From the NCBI GenBank assembly GCA_017654855.1, contig CM030336.1:1426001-1490000 (forward strand): a DNA stretch of 64,000 nt. The letters run 5' to 3'. This stretch comes from Podospora anserina. Taxonomy: Eukaryota. How positions within the stretch are numbered: the first letter of the stretch is position 1; each line of letters begins with the position of its first letter. The notes under the pieces were generated by a model that saw only the letters and a program-made list of their open reading frames with translations, did not search any database and was not told where the DNA came from. Shown in pieces: positions 1 to 13,110 of the stretch. The translations under genes were made by a program, and so were the position numbers.

Positions 1-686
1 GTGGCGTAGAGTGAGTGTGAGATTCTCCCAGAGATCACGGTTCGCAAATGTAGGGTGTGGAGTACCAAAGAGGACGGTTCCCTGGTGAAGCTCTCGTAGG
101 TTTTGGCAAGCTGGAGATTGGTCGCCGTGGTAGATTATGGACAGAGCCTGCAATAAAATTAGTACCTACTTATCTTGCTAGGTTGTGACTAGAAACCGGA
201 TGAAAACATGAAATCTGTTACCTCTTTCACCAAAATGCCCCCAAGACCATAAGAAAAGACCACGAGCGATGAGCCAATCGATGATGACTCTACGATTGGT
301 GACACTATTATCTGTTCTAATATTAGCACCTGCTTCAATCAAGAGAGAACACGCGATTGATGCCAACCTCAGATTTCAACACCTCAACCAATGTCTTCGC
401 TTGGGCTCTGACTGACTCCCACACTGATTCCTCTTCACTAAGAGAACCCAAATGATATTCAAACCCCAATGCATGGGCCTTCCCGTTGGAAGGACAACGA
501 ATGAAAGACCTTAACTGCTTCCAGGAGGATTTCAACGTCTTTTCGGGTTCCTTCACACACAGGTCTGGGACAAACAAGAGACTTGTAGCAGGTTAGCGCC
601 CAATCTACAGTGCGGTATGCATACCACCAAGATGGCCCAAACAAAATGCCAAAGCATTCCATTTGGCTGCCAAGTGCTGACGCCAT
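1..686 (-). CDS. 5' part of a multi-exon gene with an N-terminal SesB/SERAC1-like alpha/beta-hydrolase domain (possible fungal NLR effector domain); runs off the window start
   Basis: ATG at 686. Splicing at GTATGC..GCTAAC..AAG, GTTGGC..GCTAAT and GTAACA..CAG introns joins MASALGSQMECFGILFGPSW / LFVPDLC..LGFEYHL..VWESVRAQAKTLVEVLKSE / SLVVFSYGLGGILVKE / ALSIIY..GTVLFGTPHPTF. This matches the SesB-type HSLGGILVK..A..FFGTPH pattern. Confidence 0.6.
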
Positions 687-1923
687 ACTCGCAGGGACCT
701 TACTAGATCAACGCGGACGCGGCAGTCGTCTGTTTGTTTTGGTCGCTGTCGAAGGATAATTTGCGAAGTTGGGATCTGGGAGGAGGTTTGCTCCGAAATG
801 TGAGCTGCCGCATGATCACCTACCCCTACACCGACCTCGCAACAAATAAGCCGACCAGCCCGGCTATTCCGATTGAATCAAGTCGGAGCTTGGAAATTCC
901 GTGAAGTTGCCGTGCACAATGAGGCACGTTCCGTCTGAGCGACAACTCCCGCACAACGTGTCGAAAGATTTCATGAAGCATTCACCCCAGTATGAGGAGA
1001 CAGGGAGATAACAGGTAAAATGGTGTCGCTCCCAAGGCTTCGACGCCATGTTGGTTGTTACCCCCAGGGAGGCCCAAGTGTATTTCTACCCAGGAATGTC
1101 TTGGTGGGACTGCATCTTACCAAGTACCTAGGATGCGACGTTTCTGTGTATATCTTCCTCGAATCAAACATTTGGGGATCGGCCAAGCCTTGCACATTCC
1201 GTGTCACCATTTAATCAAGCGCAGATGAGGCCAGTTCCGACTTTGATAAATCTACACCACGTCTAGTGATCGGTTCGCCTATCTGTGGCGCTCTTAGTCT
1301 CATGCATGTGTACAGCCGTGGCCCGGACCGGTGAAAAAATGGGCCAATCATTTCTCGACCGGCGAAGAAAACCAGCCAATGGCCCTCTGCTCTGTGGGGG
1401 AACACTTCAGAGGCACTCAACTCCACATTCTCTGTCAAGCCGTATGGCACATTCCATGACGCACTGTATTGCACCCTCTGCAATACGACATCTGCAACTT
1501 TCTATATTTCGAATTCTACCGCTAAGCTCATCATGAACACAAAATGACAATTTTGAGGTAATTTATTTGGATGGGCGGTGCGAAATGGCGGCAAGTGGAA
1601 GATAGGTACCTTACCTACCTTGAGAGCCCCAAGATGTTGTCCACTGTGAGCCTTGCCATGATTGACTGTCCAAGTGAACAGGAGGTCAGGTTCTAGGCCA
1701 AGGCAGGGCATGCGCAATTGCTTTGAGGGGAAAAGCGCATTTTTGGTTTGTTGAGCCTCGCTGCGGCCCATTTCACAGAATCGACGACATGAGCATGCCG
1801 TGAAACGAGGAATTTGTTGGCATATAAACAGCCAATCTGACAACATGCTTTTTTTTTGGGTCGAGTTCACTCAACAAACAGAATACCTAAGCCTGCTCAC
1901 CAGCATCTACCTCGATTCTTACA

Positions 1924-3168
1924 ATGAGGGATAGCCTCAAGTTTCTTTGTGAACTCCCAATCTACCAGGAGGAACAGCCTTACCAGCTTGTGGGCTATCC
2001 TGACCAAGAGGCAACCCCACAGGGTGAGAATTGTGTATTTGAAGCAAAGGAGATTGATGTCCGAAACGCCCGGGAGCACCCAGTCACTCTTCAGACTCAT
2101 GGCTTTGCCTTCTTCCAGTTCAAGTCAGGTTGTGAACTAGCCGCCAGGCACTTCGAAACGGTTGGAGGGGACAACAGTATACTCACCAAATATCTCGATG
2201 AAACCGTCGAGTTTGTCAGAAACATGTTCAAACCCGTGGATGTTATATGTTTTGATTGGAGGGTGAGTCTCGCTGAACATAGTTTCCATCAAAATCCTGA
2301 TCCGTCACCTTTTTACCTGGACATTCCAACTAATATGTTTCGAGCTCCGTCGGCGGGACCCTACAACTGGCCCTGGAATACCACCTCGTGATCTCAAGGA
2401 CATCCGCAATTATGCATTACCAAGCGGAGATGTGGTTCACTGCGGTTTGTCTAACTGTATGGGGGTGTCAATCGGTATTACTTTGCTAACCAAGCGATGA
2501 CTGATTATCAGACTACTCGGCAGACGGTGGTTTTGATCGTCTCAAAATTCAACTCCTTCCTGACGAGCTCGCCGAGTACATGAAGAAAGGCCGCAAAGGA
2601 ATGATTGTCAAGTAAGACCCAACATCTTCATCGGCAAAGCATCAGTGAATCCGCAGTTACCTACGCAGCTATCCAGCGATTTCTCACGGCAGTGTTCATC
2701 GCTTACACATGTATATCTGCAAATGTAGCGTCTGGCGTCCCCTCAACAAGGTTGTCTGCAATGCGCCATTGTTGTTTTGTGATAGACGAACGGTCCCGAA
2801 AGAAGACCTCGTCGAGGTTGATAAAGTCTTGCCTGATAAAGTGGAGAAATCATACTTCCTTTATCACCGTGACTACCACCAATGGTACACTCTCGTTGGA
2901 CATCGATGCGATGAGGCGGTGGTGTTTCCAACATGGAAGTCTGATGACATGGGAGAGGACTTTGCTAGTACATCATTCCCCTTTCTGGTTTCTCACACTG
3001 GAGGTTAGGTACGAAAAGAGAGCATCCCCTCTGACACTCGTACAAGGTTGCTGTCCACACGGTGCAGGTGCATCCCACACTGACAACTGGGCTGATCCGC
3101 GTGAGAGTGTGGAGGTACGCCTGCTCCTTATCATGGACAACAGCATGGAAGCAAAGGCAACAGCATAG
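1924..3168 (+). CDS. AsaB/CmcJ/NvfI-like (GA4-desaturase-like) non-heme iron oxygenase, 5 exons
   Basis: Motifs LxxHGF, FDWR, VHCDYS (HxD), NVWRPL..NAPLLFCDRRTV, CPHGA and PRESVEVR. Canonical introns at about 2263-2344, 2445-2510, 2612-2728 and 2968-3046. Confidence 0.8.
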
Positions 3169-3549
3169 TACGGTAAGATTCTCAACTGTCCTATGCTTGG
3201 ATTCAAGAGAGGAGAGGAAGGAAGCAGCAGGGGACTTCCCCTGGAAGCATGGGCCAGAATAGGCTGAATCTCCTGAACAGAAGATCTAAATGTATCAGGT
3301 ACCCATGTTGTTATAATGGGTCTTCCATCAATAGCGTCTTGCAGGATGCTTTAACTACTCATCTGAAGTGCATACATGAATGGGTAGTGTTACTTCTACA
3401 CTAAACCTCGGCAATGTAGTGTTTCCTACGCTCCGAAGATGGGATAGTCCACCATGCATGAACTCAACGCAATAGCAGGTAGCACAAATATCCAGGTTTC
3501 TCTGGTAGTAACGGTGACGAAAAAGTGGGCGGGATAACGAAATCTGCGT

Positions 3550-4168
3550 TCATATTGCTGCATGACATTGTCTCTGCGAACCTGCTTCAGCACCAAACTT
3601 CCAAACCGCAACTGAATCCAAGTTAGGTAGGTATATCCACTGTGACAAAACTGACTCCCGACATCGACTAAGGTACCTAGAACAGAACATTATCCTACTG
3701 ACAGTATCCTTCCTCCCGACAATAGGGTAGGTAGGTACCTTGCCCAATATCAGAAGCAAGCTTGCACTGCTCCAGTAAATCAGTTAGCCCACAATTCACG
3801 ACTTAAGCAAGCTTCTTGAATTCAAAGGTTGGTCATTAAAAAGATGAGGAACATCCTTCCATGACCGTCCATGATACGTACTCGGGCCAATAATATAGGC
3901 TCCATAACAGGAGCCTAGCCTAACGACTCTTGCTGTCAAGCTCTGCGAGCAAGCGTACCTTGCCCGTGCTAGCAGCGATAGGAGTGGCCTTGAAATATTC
4001 AGGCTGGACGAATTCATTTGGCTGCAAAATATCTCGCCAAGGTTGTTTTTTGCCGATGGGCTCGGTGCCGATTGTCACGAGACCAGGCTTGCTAGTCGTT
4101 TCTGGGTTGGTCTGCATGGCTGAAACAGCCTCAAAGGGAGGAGAAATTGTTGCTTGAGTCTCTGCCAT
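3550..4168 (-). CDS. possible small multi-exon hypothetical protein (~110 aa)
   Basis: ATG at 4168 opens MAETQATISPP..AASTGK, followed by a GTACGC donor. Further donors (GTACGT, GTACCT) with CTAAC branch sites allow an in-frame join through two micro-exons to ..VAVWKFGAEAGSQRQCHAAI*. No family recognised. Confidence 0.35.
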
Positions 4169-4798
4169 GGTCAATTCAAAAAGTAGGTACCTTATTGGGT
4201 TGTCTTAGATTTCAAAATCTTAACTTAGCAAGAGATGGAATGCTGATAAGATAGGATAGTTCAAAGCGGAGTGAAATGGGAAGTTAGCTAACTAAATACT
4301 TTTTTTTCACAGCCTGATGCTTGATCATGCTATCTTTGCTCAACTATGGCTCAAAAGAGGCATCTTCATTCAAGCAGTTGCCTCCTGATGGATGAACAAT
4401 ACCTGTCTGTCACAGTGTAACCAACAGTGCGTGGAAGACGCCAAGGCAAGGCTCTCATAAGTCGGTCTCATATACAGTACCTTAGCGGAAAACCTTAGGG
4501 TCCTATAAGTCTTACTAAGGAGGTTAAGGCTTAGGAAGGGACTATAAGTCTTACAGGAATCTAATAGTTATAGCCTTACAGGCTTACAGGTCCTATTTAA
4601 TAGATATAGGCTTTACTTTACACTATATTAAACGCTATAAATAATAAAATACTAAAAAATCAATAAAAGAACAAAAAGCTAATTATATCTTAATAGTTAG
4701 GTTAAATAAGGGCTATTAAAGCCGGTATTTTCCTACTACAACATAAAAAGCTTTTTTCAAAAGCTATATTAGATTATTTAACAGCTTCTATTTATAAT

Positions 4799-5434
4799 TG
4801 TTAATGTGTGGGTACTACTAAGTGCCCTACTTACTGCCCTACAGATTGATATTACAATGGGCAGTACTGCTATAAGCAGTAATGGAACTTCCCGGCTTGG
4901 ATCCCTTTAGAATGTTCTTTACAAGGGACCCTTGAAGGCTTACAGGGCTACTGTGGCCTGAGGCTTAGTTAATGGATACTAGAACCTTCCAAAGTAGCTA
5001 CAGGCTTACGTAGTAAGTTGCTACAATGGTGTGATTTACAGGGCACCTCTGCTACCGAAGGTTCTATGGATTTCCGTGAGTCTACACTAGACCCACCTAA
5101 GCCCACTAAATACCCCAAAGTGGTATAGGAGCTTCCAGGGCCTACAGGACCCATAGTAGGCCTACGAAGGCCTATATATAGACCTCTCCTCTCTCCTGTA
5201 GGATAGTTATCTTCTTTCTTTCCTTAAGGGCAAAAAGCTTAAGGCTAAGGCCAAAGGCCAAGGCCAAGGGTAATAAAGGCAATTCTTATTCCTTATACCT
5301 TACTGTATTACAGTGCTTTACCTTCCTTCGGCACTGCCGTCGTATCCTCCCGCTTCCGCTTGCGCACTGCTGTATTTTACAGCAACCCTATATAGGTTCT
5401 ATATTATAGGCCTATCAGGGCTTACCAGCTAACA
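4799..5434 (+). repeat. 5' LTR (TGTTA...TAACA, 636 bp)
   Basis: TG...CA termini with a short terminal inverted repeat; colinear with 10467-11102. Confidence 0.97.
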
Positions 5435-5448
5435 GGTTATAAGCCCGG
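5435..5448 (+). promoter_or_regulatory. primer-binding site, copia half-tRNAiMet type (GGTTATAAGCCC, RIP-mutated GGTTATGAGCCC)
   Basis: Directly follows the 5' LTR and resembles the GGTTATGRGCCC primer-binding site of copia-group elements. Confidence 0.75.
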
Positions 5449-8400
5449 GCAACCACCTAGCCCGGAATCTAGCCTACTTGTGCGCTTCCAGTCGACGTAC
5501 TTATAGCACTGTACTACAGGCTGTACGGCTTCTTACTAAGAAGCTTCTTTAGTGGAATTAGTGCTGTACTACAGACTTTCCACTGTTGTGATCACAACCC
5601 TAGGCCAATACCTTTAGGCCAATCGTCGACTTACAGCACTGTACTATAGGCTGTACGGCTTCCGAGAAGCTTACTCATTGACCTATACGGTTATTTCCAC
5701 CAAGTCCTCGCCTTTACTATAGCTAACCAGCCTATGGATCAAGACTACTTAGGTGTTATAGAGGCTACTAGCCCTATAGTACAGGCCTTACAGGCCCGTA
5801 TCGACACCATTGAGGATAAGCTTCGGCAGGTTATATCACTGCTTAAAGCTCAGGCTACCAAACAGCTAGTAGCTGTACCGGCCACCCACACTACCGAGCC
5901 TCCCGTGGCTCCAGCTGCTTCAGTACCTTCAGTATTTATTACAGAGTTTTTTACAGCGACCTTCAGCACACTTACTACAAAAGAGCTCGCTAAACAGTCC
6001 CTAAACCTCGCTAAACAATAGCGCCTTTCAGGACCCGATAATTACTAATAGTGGCACTAGGCTATTTCCATACAATTCAGGGCCCTTGGAATACCTAAAT
6101 TTCTAGAAAATCCTAATTCGGTAGACGCCCGGCTTTCTAACCTACAGAAGGCAGCCCTGCTATTAACCCTTAGAAATATACTAAAGGAAGGCCCGTTATC
6201 CACTATAGCCTTCGAAACCGACCCCGTTGTAGCCTATAAGCGCCTTCGCTTATAGTACGCTCCGGCGTAGCCTACCTTCCGAGACGAGCTATATAAGGCC
6301 TACCACCATTTGCAGTTCGATGGGTCTATACCTATCGTGGATTTTAACGCCCAATTTAACACCTACGTAAGTAGGCTCGGGGCCTTAAGCGTTGAAATAG
6401 CCTAAATCGACTAACTAAACCACTATTTTAATGTACTGGAAAACCATTTTCCACAGTGGGCCGAGCGCTGTAAAGGCCTACTTCGGTAGGAGCAATAGCT
6501 TTGCTATACAGAAGGCAAGCCTACTAGGCTAAGCCTTTTGTATTTCCAGGAAGACCTTTTAGCCGAAACCCGTAATTCGGTTACTTCCACTGCCTACTAA
6601 TTACAGGCCCTATAAGCTACCTACAAGCCTGTTAGTAGCGAAAAGAAGTCTAACTTTTAGGCTTCTCAAGCTCACCGGTCCTCACTAAATAAGGACCAAA
6701 AGCCCTATAAAAAACAGGGCAATAAGCAGTGGAAGAAAGGCCTGAAAAAGGACGACCGCTGTAACGACCGCTGTAACGGCCGCAAAGACGGCCGTAAGGA
6801 CAATCGCAAAGACGACCGCAAGGACCAAAAGGACCTACCCGTTACCGAGGCCTTTACTATAGGCTACGACCTTAACTCAAGTATTGTATTTGGAAGTAAT
6901 ATAACTGAAGAATATAGCGACTTAGGGCCTAATCCTCCCGAAGAACTGCTTAAATTTAGCCACTCAACCGCTACACCACGTACCTAGTGGCTCTTCGATA
7001 CAGGCTTTACAGTACACATCTGCAACAACAAAGCCTTATTTACTAACCTACAGTTCTCTTCTTCCCTGGGCTATATTAGTATAAGCGGTGGCCCAGTCAA
7101 GCCACAAGGCAAAGGCACTGTAGAAGTTGAATTCTTCAGTGGTTTTGAGGGCAAAAAAGCGGTATATACTACTGTAGCCCTTAAGGAGACCCTCTCTATT
7201 CCAGACTTTCCACTAAATATAGTTAGTAGTTATAGGCTCTACGCCTCTAGTGGGACCCTTCTTAAAGACTACCTATATTCGGCTTTTAGGAAGCTACTGG
7301 CCCTCCTTAACTTTAAGAAAAATAGGTTCTTTTTTACTACTAAAACCACGGTTCTAGCTAAAATAAAGCATTCAACGCTACAAGCATACGGCTCTATTTG
7401 GTGCTACAGCACTGAAGACAGCGATTCAGACCCTGAATTAACCACCATTACGCCTGAATTTCCAGCTACCACAGCGCCTACCACAGTACCTACCATAGCG
7501 CCTACCACAGCGCCTATCATAGCGCTTAAACCAATTACCACTATGGCGCCTACCCCTCGCCGTACAGGGCATTTGCCCTACCAACGTAACTAGGCGTTGA
7601 TTCAGGCTACAAAACTCTAGCACGTTCGATTAGGCTATATAAGCCTAGACCTTTTAAAGAAAACTGCCCTAATTACTAAGGGTATACCTAATTTACAGAA
7701 GGTACAGCCTACAGATCTAACCTGTAAGAGCTGTGACGCAGTTAAATTACTATATAAACCCTCTAAAAGGCCTGTAACGGACCTACCGTATACGCTAAGT
7801 CGAATAGAAGGGGATATATTTGTGATTCGACCCACCCCACTAAATAGCAGGCTTTACGGGCTTATTTTAGTGGACCGTAAGACCCGGTATAGGCTTATTA
7901 GGCTCCTAAAAACTAAAGATAAAGTCGCTATAGAGGCTCGCTCCGCTATAGAGAGCCTATATAATACTTATAAGCGGTACCCGGCATAATTCTACTACGA
8001 CGGGGGCAAAGAAATTCGAAGGCTATTACCCTACCTTACTAAAAAAGGTATAACCTTTAGTAAGTCTAGCCCATACACCTACCACCAAAACGGCCTAGCC
8101 GAGCGCTCTATTCGGGTAATTTTAAAGCGTCTACGGGCTACTATAGTAGCCTCTGGCCTACCACTTACCCTCTAATGCTACGTAATTAGCTCTATTATAG
8201 ATATTATTAACCGTATAGCCACTTCCACTAAGGAATTTACGCCCCACCAGTTATTTCTTAACGAATTGGTACCCTTACAGGCCCCTCACGTCCCTAACCT
8301 CGGACCTTACAGGGCTATAGGCACTAAAGTTTTAGTACTTATACCGCCTAAAAAACGTATTACCGTAAAGAAGTTAGAGCCTAAAACTACTAAAGGCAAG

Positions 8401-10466
8401 CTTTTAGCCGTACTAGGCAATAATATTTACTTAGTATAGTTAAGCTACCGGTAAGTAATTTAAACGCTATTCGTTAAACTATACGAAGATTATAGGCCTT
8501 ATTTAGAAGGACCTATAGCCTCTATATCGTAATTAAGGTTTCTAAAACTAAAAGATATCGAGCCTTCAGAAGGGGAACCCCCTATAATTACAGAAGGGGC
8601 ACCTACTGCAACAGCACCTCCTAGGCCTACACTTACGGCAATAGTACTTCCAAAGCCTACCAATATCGAAGTACTACTTCCGCAGGCTACTAAGTTACAG
8701 AAGGAGGAATTCGAAATAGTAAATAACAATACTATAGATACCACTACTCTAGTAAATTATTTTATTAACCAGGCTACTATAGCTATTACCTATAGCACTA
8801 CTTCTATTAGCATAGAACTTAGGACCTTTAAATAGGCCCTAAAGTACCCACTAAAGGACTAGTAGCTACAGGCTTCCTTTAGTAAGCTATAGTAGCTACT
8901 TAATTCCAAAACCTTTTACTTTATTAACTACTTATAGGCTCTAAAAAGGCCTATTATTAGCCGATGGGTCTATAAAGCTAAAAAGGATTTATAGGGCTAA
9001 ATTATTAAATTTAAGGCCCGGCTAGTAGTTAGAGGCTTCTAATAGGTGCCCGGAACCGATTTTACGGAGACCTTTATAGCTACTACAGCACTACCTACCT
9101 AGCGGGTTTTACTAGTTATTACAGTTAAAGAAGACCTAGAAATTAAGGAAATCGATTTCGTTAGGGCTTTTCTTAACGCTAGTATAGACTCCGATATATA
9201 TATAGAAGTCCCTAAAGGCTTATACGAATATAGCCTTAGTAGCTAAACCGCTATAGACCTTTTGAAATAATATTGCTGGGACCCTTCGAAGGACTAAGTT
9301 ATAATACTAAAAAGGTCCCTATACGGCCTAAAATAGGCCCCCTACCTGTGGCAATAAAAGGTTACGGCACTAACCAAAACCCTAGGCTATAGTCCACTAG
9401 TCTCAGACTCGGCTACCTACTATAACCCTCACAAAAGTATCTTTATAGTAAGCCACGTCGACGACTGCTTACTAATTGGACCCTCTATTACAGACATTTA
9501 GGCCCTGAAGCTATAGTTAGTTTAGGCCTACGATATAGAGGACTTAGGCCCTGCTAAGTTCTTTCTCGGGGTCCAAATTGAAAGAAATAGGCGTAAAAGG
9601 CTACTTTGGTTCCACCAAAAGGCCTATATCTAAGAGGCTGTTAAGCACTTCGAAGTTAGCACTTACGCACTTACCTTACCGCTCTCTCTAGGCCTTACAG
9701 GTCCCGAAACTCCCTTTGATCCACTAAATAAGGCCGACACTAAACTATATTAGAGCCTACTAGGCACTACTACCTACCTGATAACCCAAACCCGGGCCGA
9801 TATTGCCCACTCCGTTCAGTGGCTTTCACGGCACCTACAAGTACCTAAGGTAGCCTACCTAAAAGCAGCTAAAAAGCTGCTAAGCTACCTATATAGTACG
9901 ATGGACTTAGCTATATAGTTAGGAGGTACGGGTAGTATTGAGCCTATAGGCTATACCGATAGCGATTTTGTTAGCTGTAAAACCATTGCTCGGTCTACTT
10001 ACGGCTATTTATTTTTAGTGGGAGGTGGCCCTGTAAGCTGGAAATTTAAACGAGCGCCTACGGTTGCCTATAGTACCCTCGAGGCCGAATATACGGCCTT
10101 AATCGAAGGTAACCGGGAAGCCCTGTAGCTTAGAGGGCTATACAGTGAAATTTAGCGCTCTCTACGGAGCCCTACTCCCCTAAGGTGCGATAACCAAGGC
10201 GCTATAGAGACAGCCCACAACCCGAAGCACTATAACCGTATTAAGTACACGCTCCTTAAACTCCAGGGCGTTAAGGAGAGCGTTATAAAAAGAAATATTA
10301 CTATATCCTTCATACCTATAAAGGATATAGTAGCCGACGGCCTAATAAAGGCCCTACCAGCACCTAAGTTCCAGCGCTTTTTAGAGCTGATAAACTACCG
10401 GAAGCCTAGTATTTATAAGGGCCTTACGGCTTAGTAAGTGGGCACCTAGTACTCCCACAGAAGGGG

Positions 10467-11102
10467 TGTTAATGTGTGGGTACTACTAAGTACCCTACTT
10501 ACTGCCCTATAGATTGATATTACAATGGGTAGTACTGCTATAAGTAGTAATGGAACTTCCCGGCTTAGATCCCTTTAGAATGTTCTTTATAAAGGACCCT
10601 TGAAGGCTTATAGGGCTACTATGGCCTGAGGCTTAGTCAATGGATACTAGAACCTTCTAAAGTAGCTATAGGCTTACGTAGTAAGTTGCTACAATGGTGT
10701 GATTTACAGGGCACCTCTGCTACCGAAGGTTCTATGGATTTCCGTAAGTCTACACTAGACCCACCTAAGCCCACCAAATACCCTAAAGTGGTATAGGGGC
10801 TTCCAGAGCTTACAGGACCCACAGTAGGCCTACGAAGGCCTATATATAGACCTCTCCTCTCTCCTGTAGGATAGTTATCTTCTTTCTTTCCTTAAGGGCA
10901 AAAAGCTTAAGGCTAAGGCTAAAGGCTAAGGCCAAGGGTAATAAAGCTAATTCTTATTCCTTATACTTTACTGTATTATAGTGCTTTACCTTCCTTCGGC
11001 ACTGCCGTCGTATCTTCCCGCTTCCGCTTGCGCACTGCTGTATTTTACAGTAACCCTGTATAGGTTCTATATTATAGGCCTATTAGGGCTTACCAGCTAA
11101 TA
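10467..11102 (+). repeat. 3' LTR (636 bp; terminal CA mutated to TA), preceded by polypurine tract AGAAGGGG (10459-10466)
   Basis: Same length as the 5' LTR; the differences seen are almost all C/T or G/A transitions. Confidence 0.97.
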
Positions 11103-12560
11103 ATAATATATATAATATTTATCTTGCTTTTATAGGTATTACTATAACTTTAAAGAATGTAATATAATAATTCTATATATTAAATTAAATATGATGGTTT
11201 ACTATAACTCTTTATTAAAATTAATATTTAATATAATAAATATACATAACGAACCCCTATCCAAAACCTTTGAAAGGGATATTAGTTAAAGGCACTTCTA
11301 AACAATTCTGGTTTGGTACAGCTAAACAGTGTACAATAAATGGCTTGTCTTAACTATAATAGTCTTAATACTAATAACTGTAATTTGAAATTATATATTA
11401 CGGAACTATTTATTTATACTAGCTAGTTCCTTTGTATATATAGACCTAGGGCTCTAAGTACTTCTATACCTAGATTTATTTTTTATTTTCTAGATCACTT
11501 AGATTTAGCTCTAAATCCCTAAATCCATAGATCTATCTTCCAATTCCTAAATCCCCTGGCCCGTGCTATTCTCTGCCCTACAGGCCCCACTTATCTATTT
11601 GCTCCAGTCCCACTAGTCCTAGCGTCCCCGCTTCTTCTAATCCGTGACACTCTATGAAAAAAGTCCTTAAAAGAAGCTCTTTAAGAAACTCCTAGAAGTA
11701 TTTTACAGCGTAAATACCGGAGGCATATAAAAGTCAAGCTCTTTAGGAAAGTTATTAGCGGAGGAAGATATAGAGTAACTCGAAAAAGTTAGTTTTACTA
11801 TAGAAAAAAGTAAGTAGGAAAGGTTATTAGATATATTTTATAATTATGAAAACAAAGGATAGTATTGATAAAATAAATATGTAATATAAAAGAAAATAAA
11901 GGAAATTAAAAACAAAAAGCCTTTAAAGAACGTCCTTAAGATACAGCTTTTTAAATATAGTTTAGAAGAGTCTTAGACACAATTTAATACTCTTGACTAT
12001 AGCTTGGAGGCTTATAATATTTATAGATTTATTAGTACTATTTACTATTATTATTGTTTATTATTACTCTACTCCTATAGAATACACAGAATTCATTATA
12101 TTTAAAAAGGAATTTAATAAAGAAATAATGTTCATGATATTATTTTATAAAATAAATTTAGAAATTTAGAAAGATATAGGAAGATATAAAAGCAGGAGAC
12201 TTCAATTATATATAACAGTAGTGTTAGTTTATAGTGATATATATATTACTATATATAGGTAAATAGGTATAGTAGAAATAAAGCAGTAGCAGTATATATA
12301 TTTAAATATAAAAAGTAGAAGTATATAAGTTAGGATAATGAAAGAAAATAAGGCAAGGTCAGCAGGATAGTGGTAGTAGTAGTAAATTATATATAGTTAA
12401 AATTAATTAATATATATAATGTATAACGCGGTTATATAAATGTATATACTTGCAAATAAATATAAGTATAGACTTTCTATAAGTTTATAAACTTATAAGT
12501 TTTAGCTTTTGAGTAAAGTTTATACATATAATTAGACTTATAAATCCAGTAAGGCTTATA
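11103..12560. other. extremely AT-rich RIP-mutated tract flanking the retrotransposon (older repeat relic or RIP-leaked sequence); a similar tract lies at ~4470-4798
   Basis: Very high TpA content and CpA/TpG depletion, with a return to normal composition near 12560. Confidence 0.75.
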
Positions 12561-13110
12561 TGTTTGCAAGGCATGAGTAAGGCTTGTAAAGCCCCAGGGA
12601 CACTCGCTTAGGTAGCCCGCAGAAAAGTGAGCGCCGTTGAACCAAGTGGGTGTACTTGCGTTGATCTTGAAAAAGTATCTTGTAATCAATGACATGCCTG
12701 TCTCCAGTCTGACGAACTGCCGTGTTTGTCTGCCGTGGGGGGGCAGCGGCGCCACGTACGCCCGAAGAAAAACATGGCCCAACTGGTGTGTGCCCATGTG
12801 GCACAATGCGGGGTCCAACTCAGCAGACGTTTGGACAGGTAGCACGCACATTCACGGAAGGCAAGAATCGACACCTTACAATGTGCAACCCAGGCGACTT
12901 CCAGGGTCTACCTGAGCCGCACGTCCAACTTTCAGGGTCTCCGCCATCCCCACCCTGGTCAGTTTTCTCAGCAAGTATACAACAATGGCTATCTCGGTTT
13001 CCCTCGTCATCCCTATAACTTATCGACCGACAAACCAGAATCTGGTCACCTACATGCAACCATCCCGGGCTTTCAAAGTTTTTGTTATTGGTGAGACTGC
13101 CTACACCAAA

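Larger units (their letters stand above)
4799..11102 (+). mobile_element. full-length Ty1/copia LTR retrotransposon, inactivated by RIP
   Basis: Two 636-bp LTRs and an ATAAT TSD (4794-4798 and 11103-11107). Domains are in copia order: gag from ATG 5734; protease WLFDTGFTVHICN ~6990; pre-integrase HVRLGY ~7620; integrase QNGLAERSIR ~8090; RT KARLVVRGF ~9010, SLYGLK ~9315, SHVDD ~9450; RNase H YTDSDF ~9950 and VADGLIKAL ~10330. Many TAA/TAG stops and a TpA excess. Confidence 0.97.

Noticed and set aside
4969-5154. Duplicated 61-aa ORF (second copy 10637-10822)
   Set aside because: It lies inside the two LTRs, so the duplication is just the LTR.
12477-13059. Cluster of short ORFs at the RIP boundary
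   Set aside because: No motifs or consistent frame; more likely promoter or intergenic DNA.
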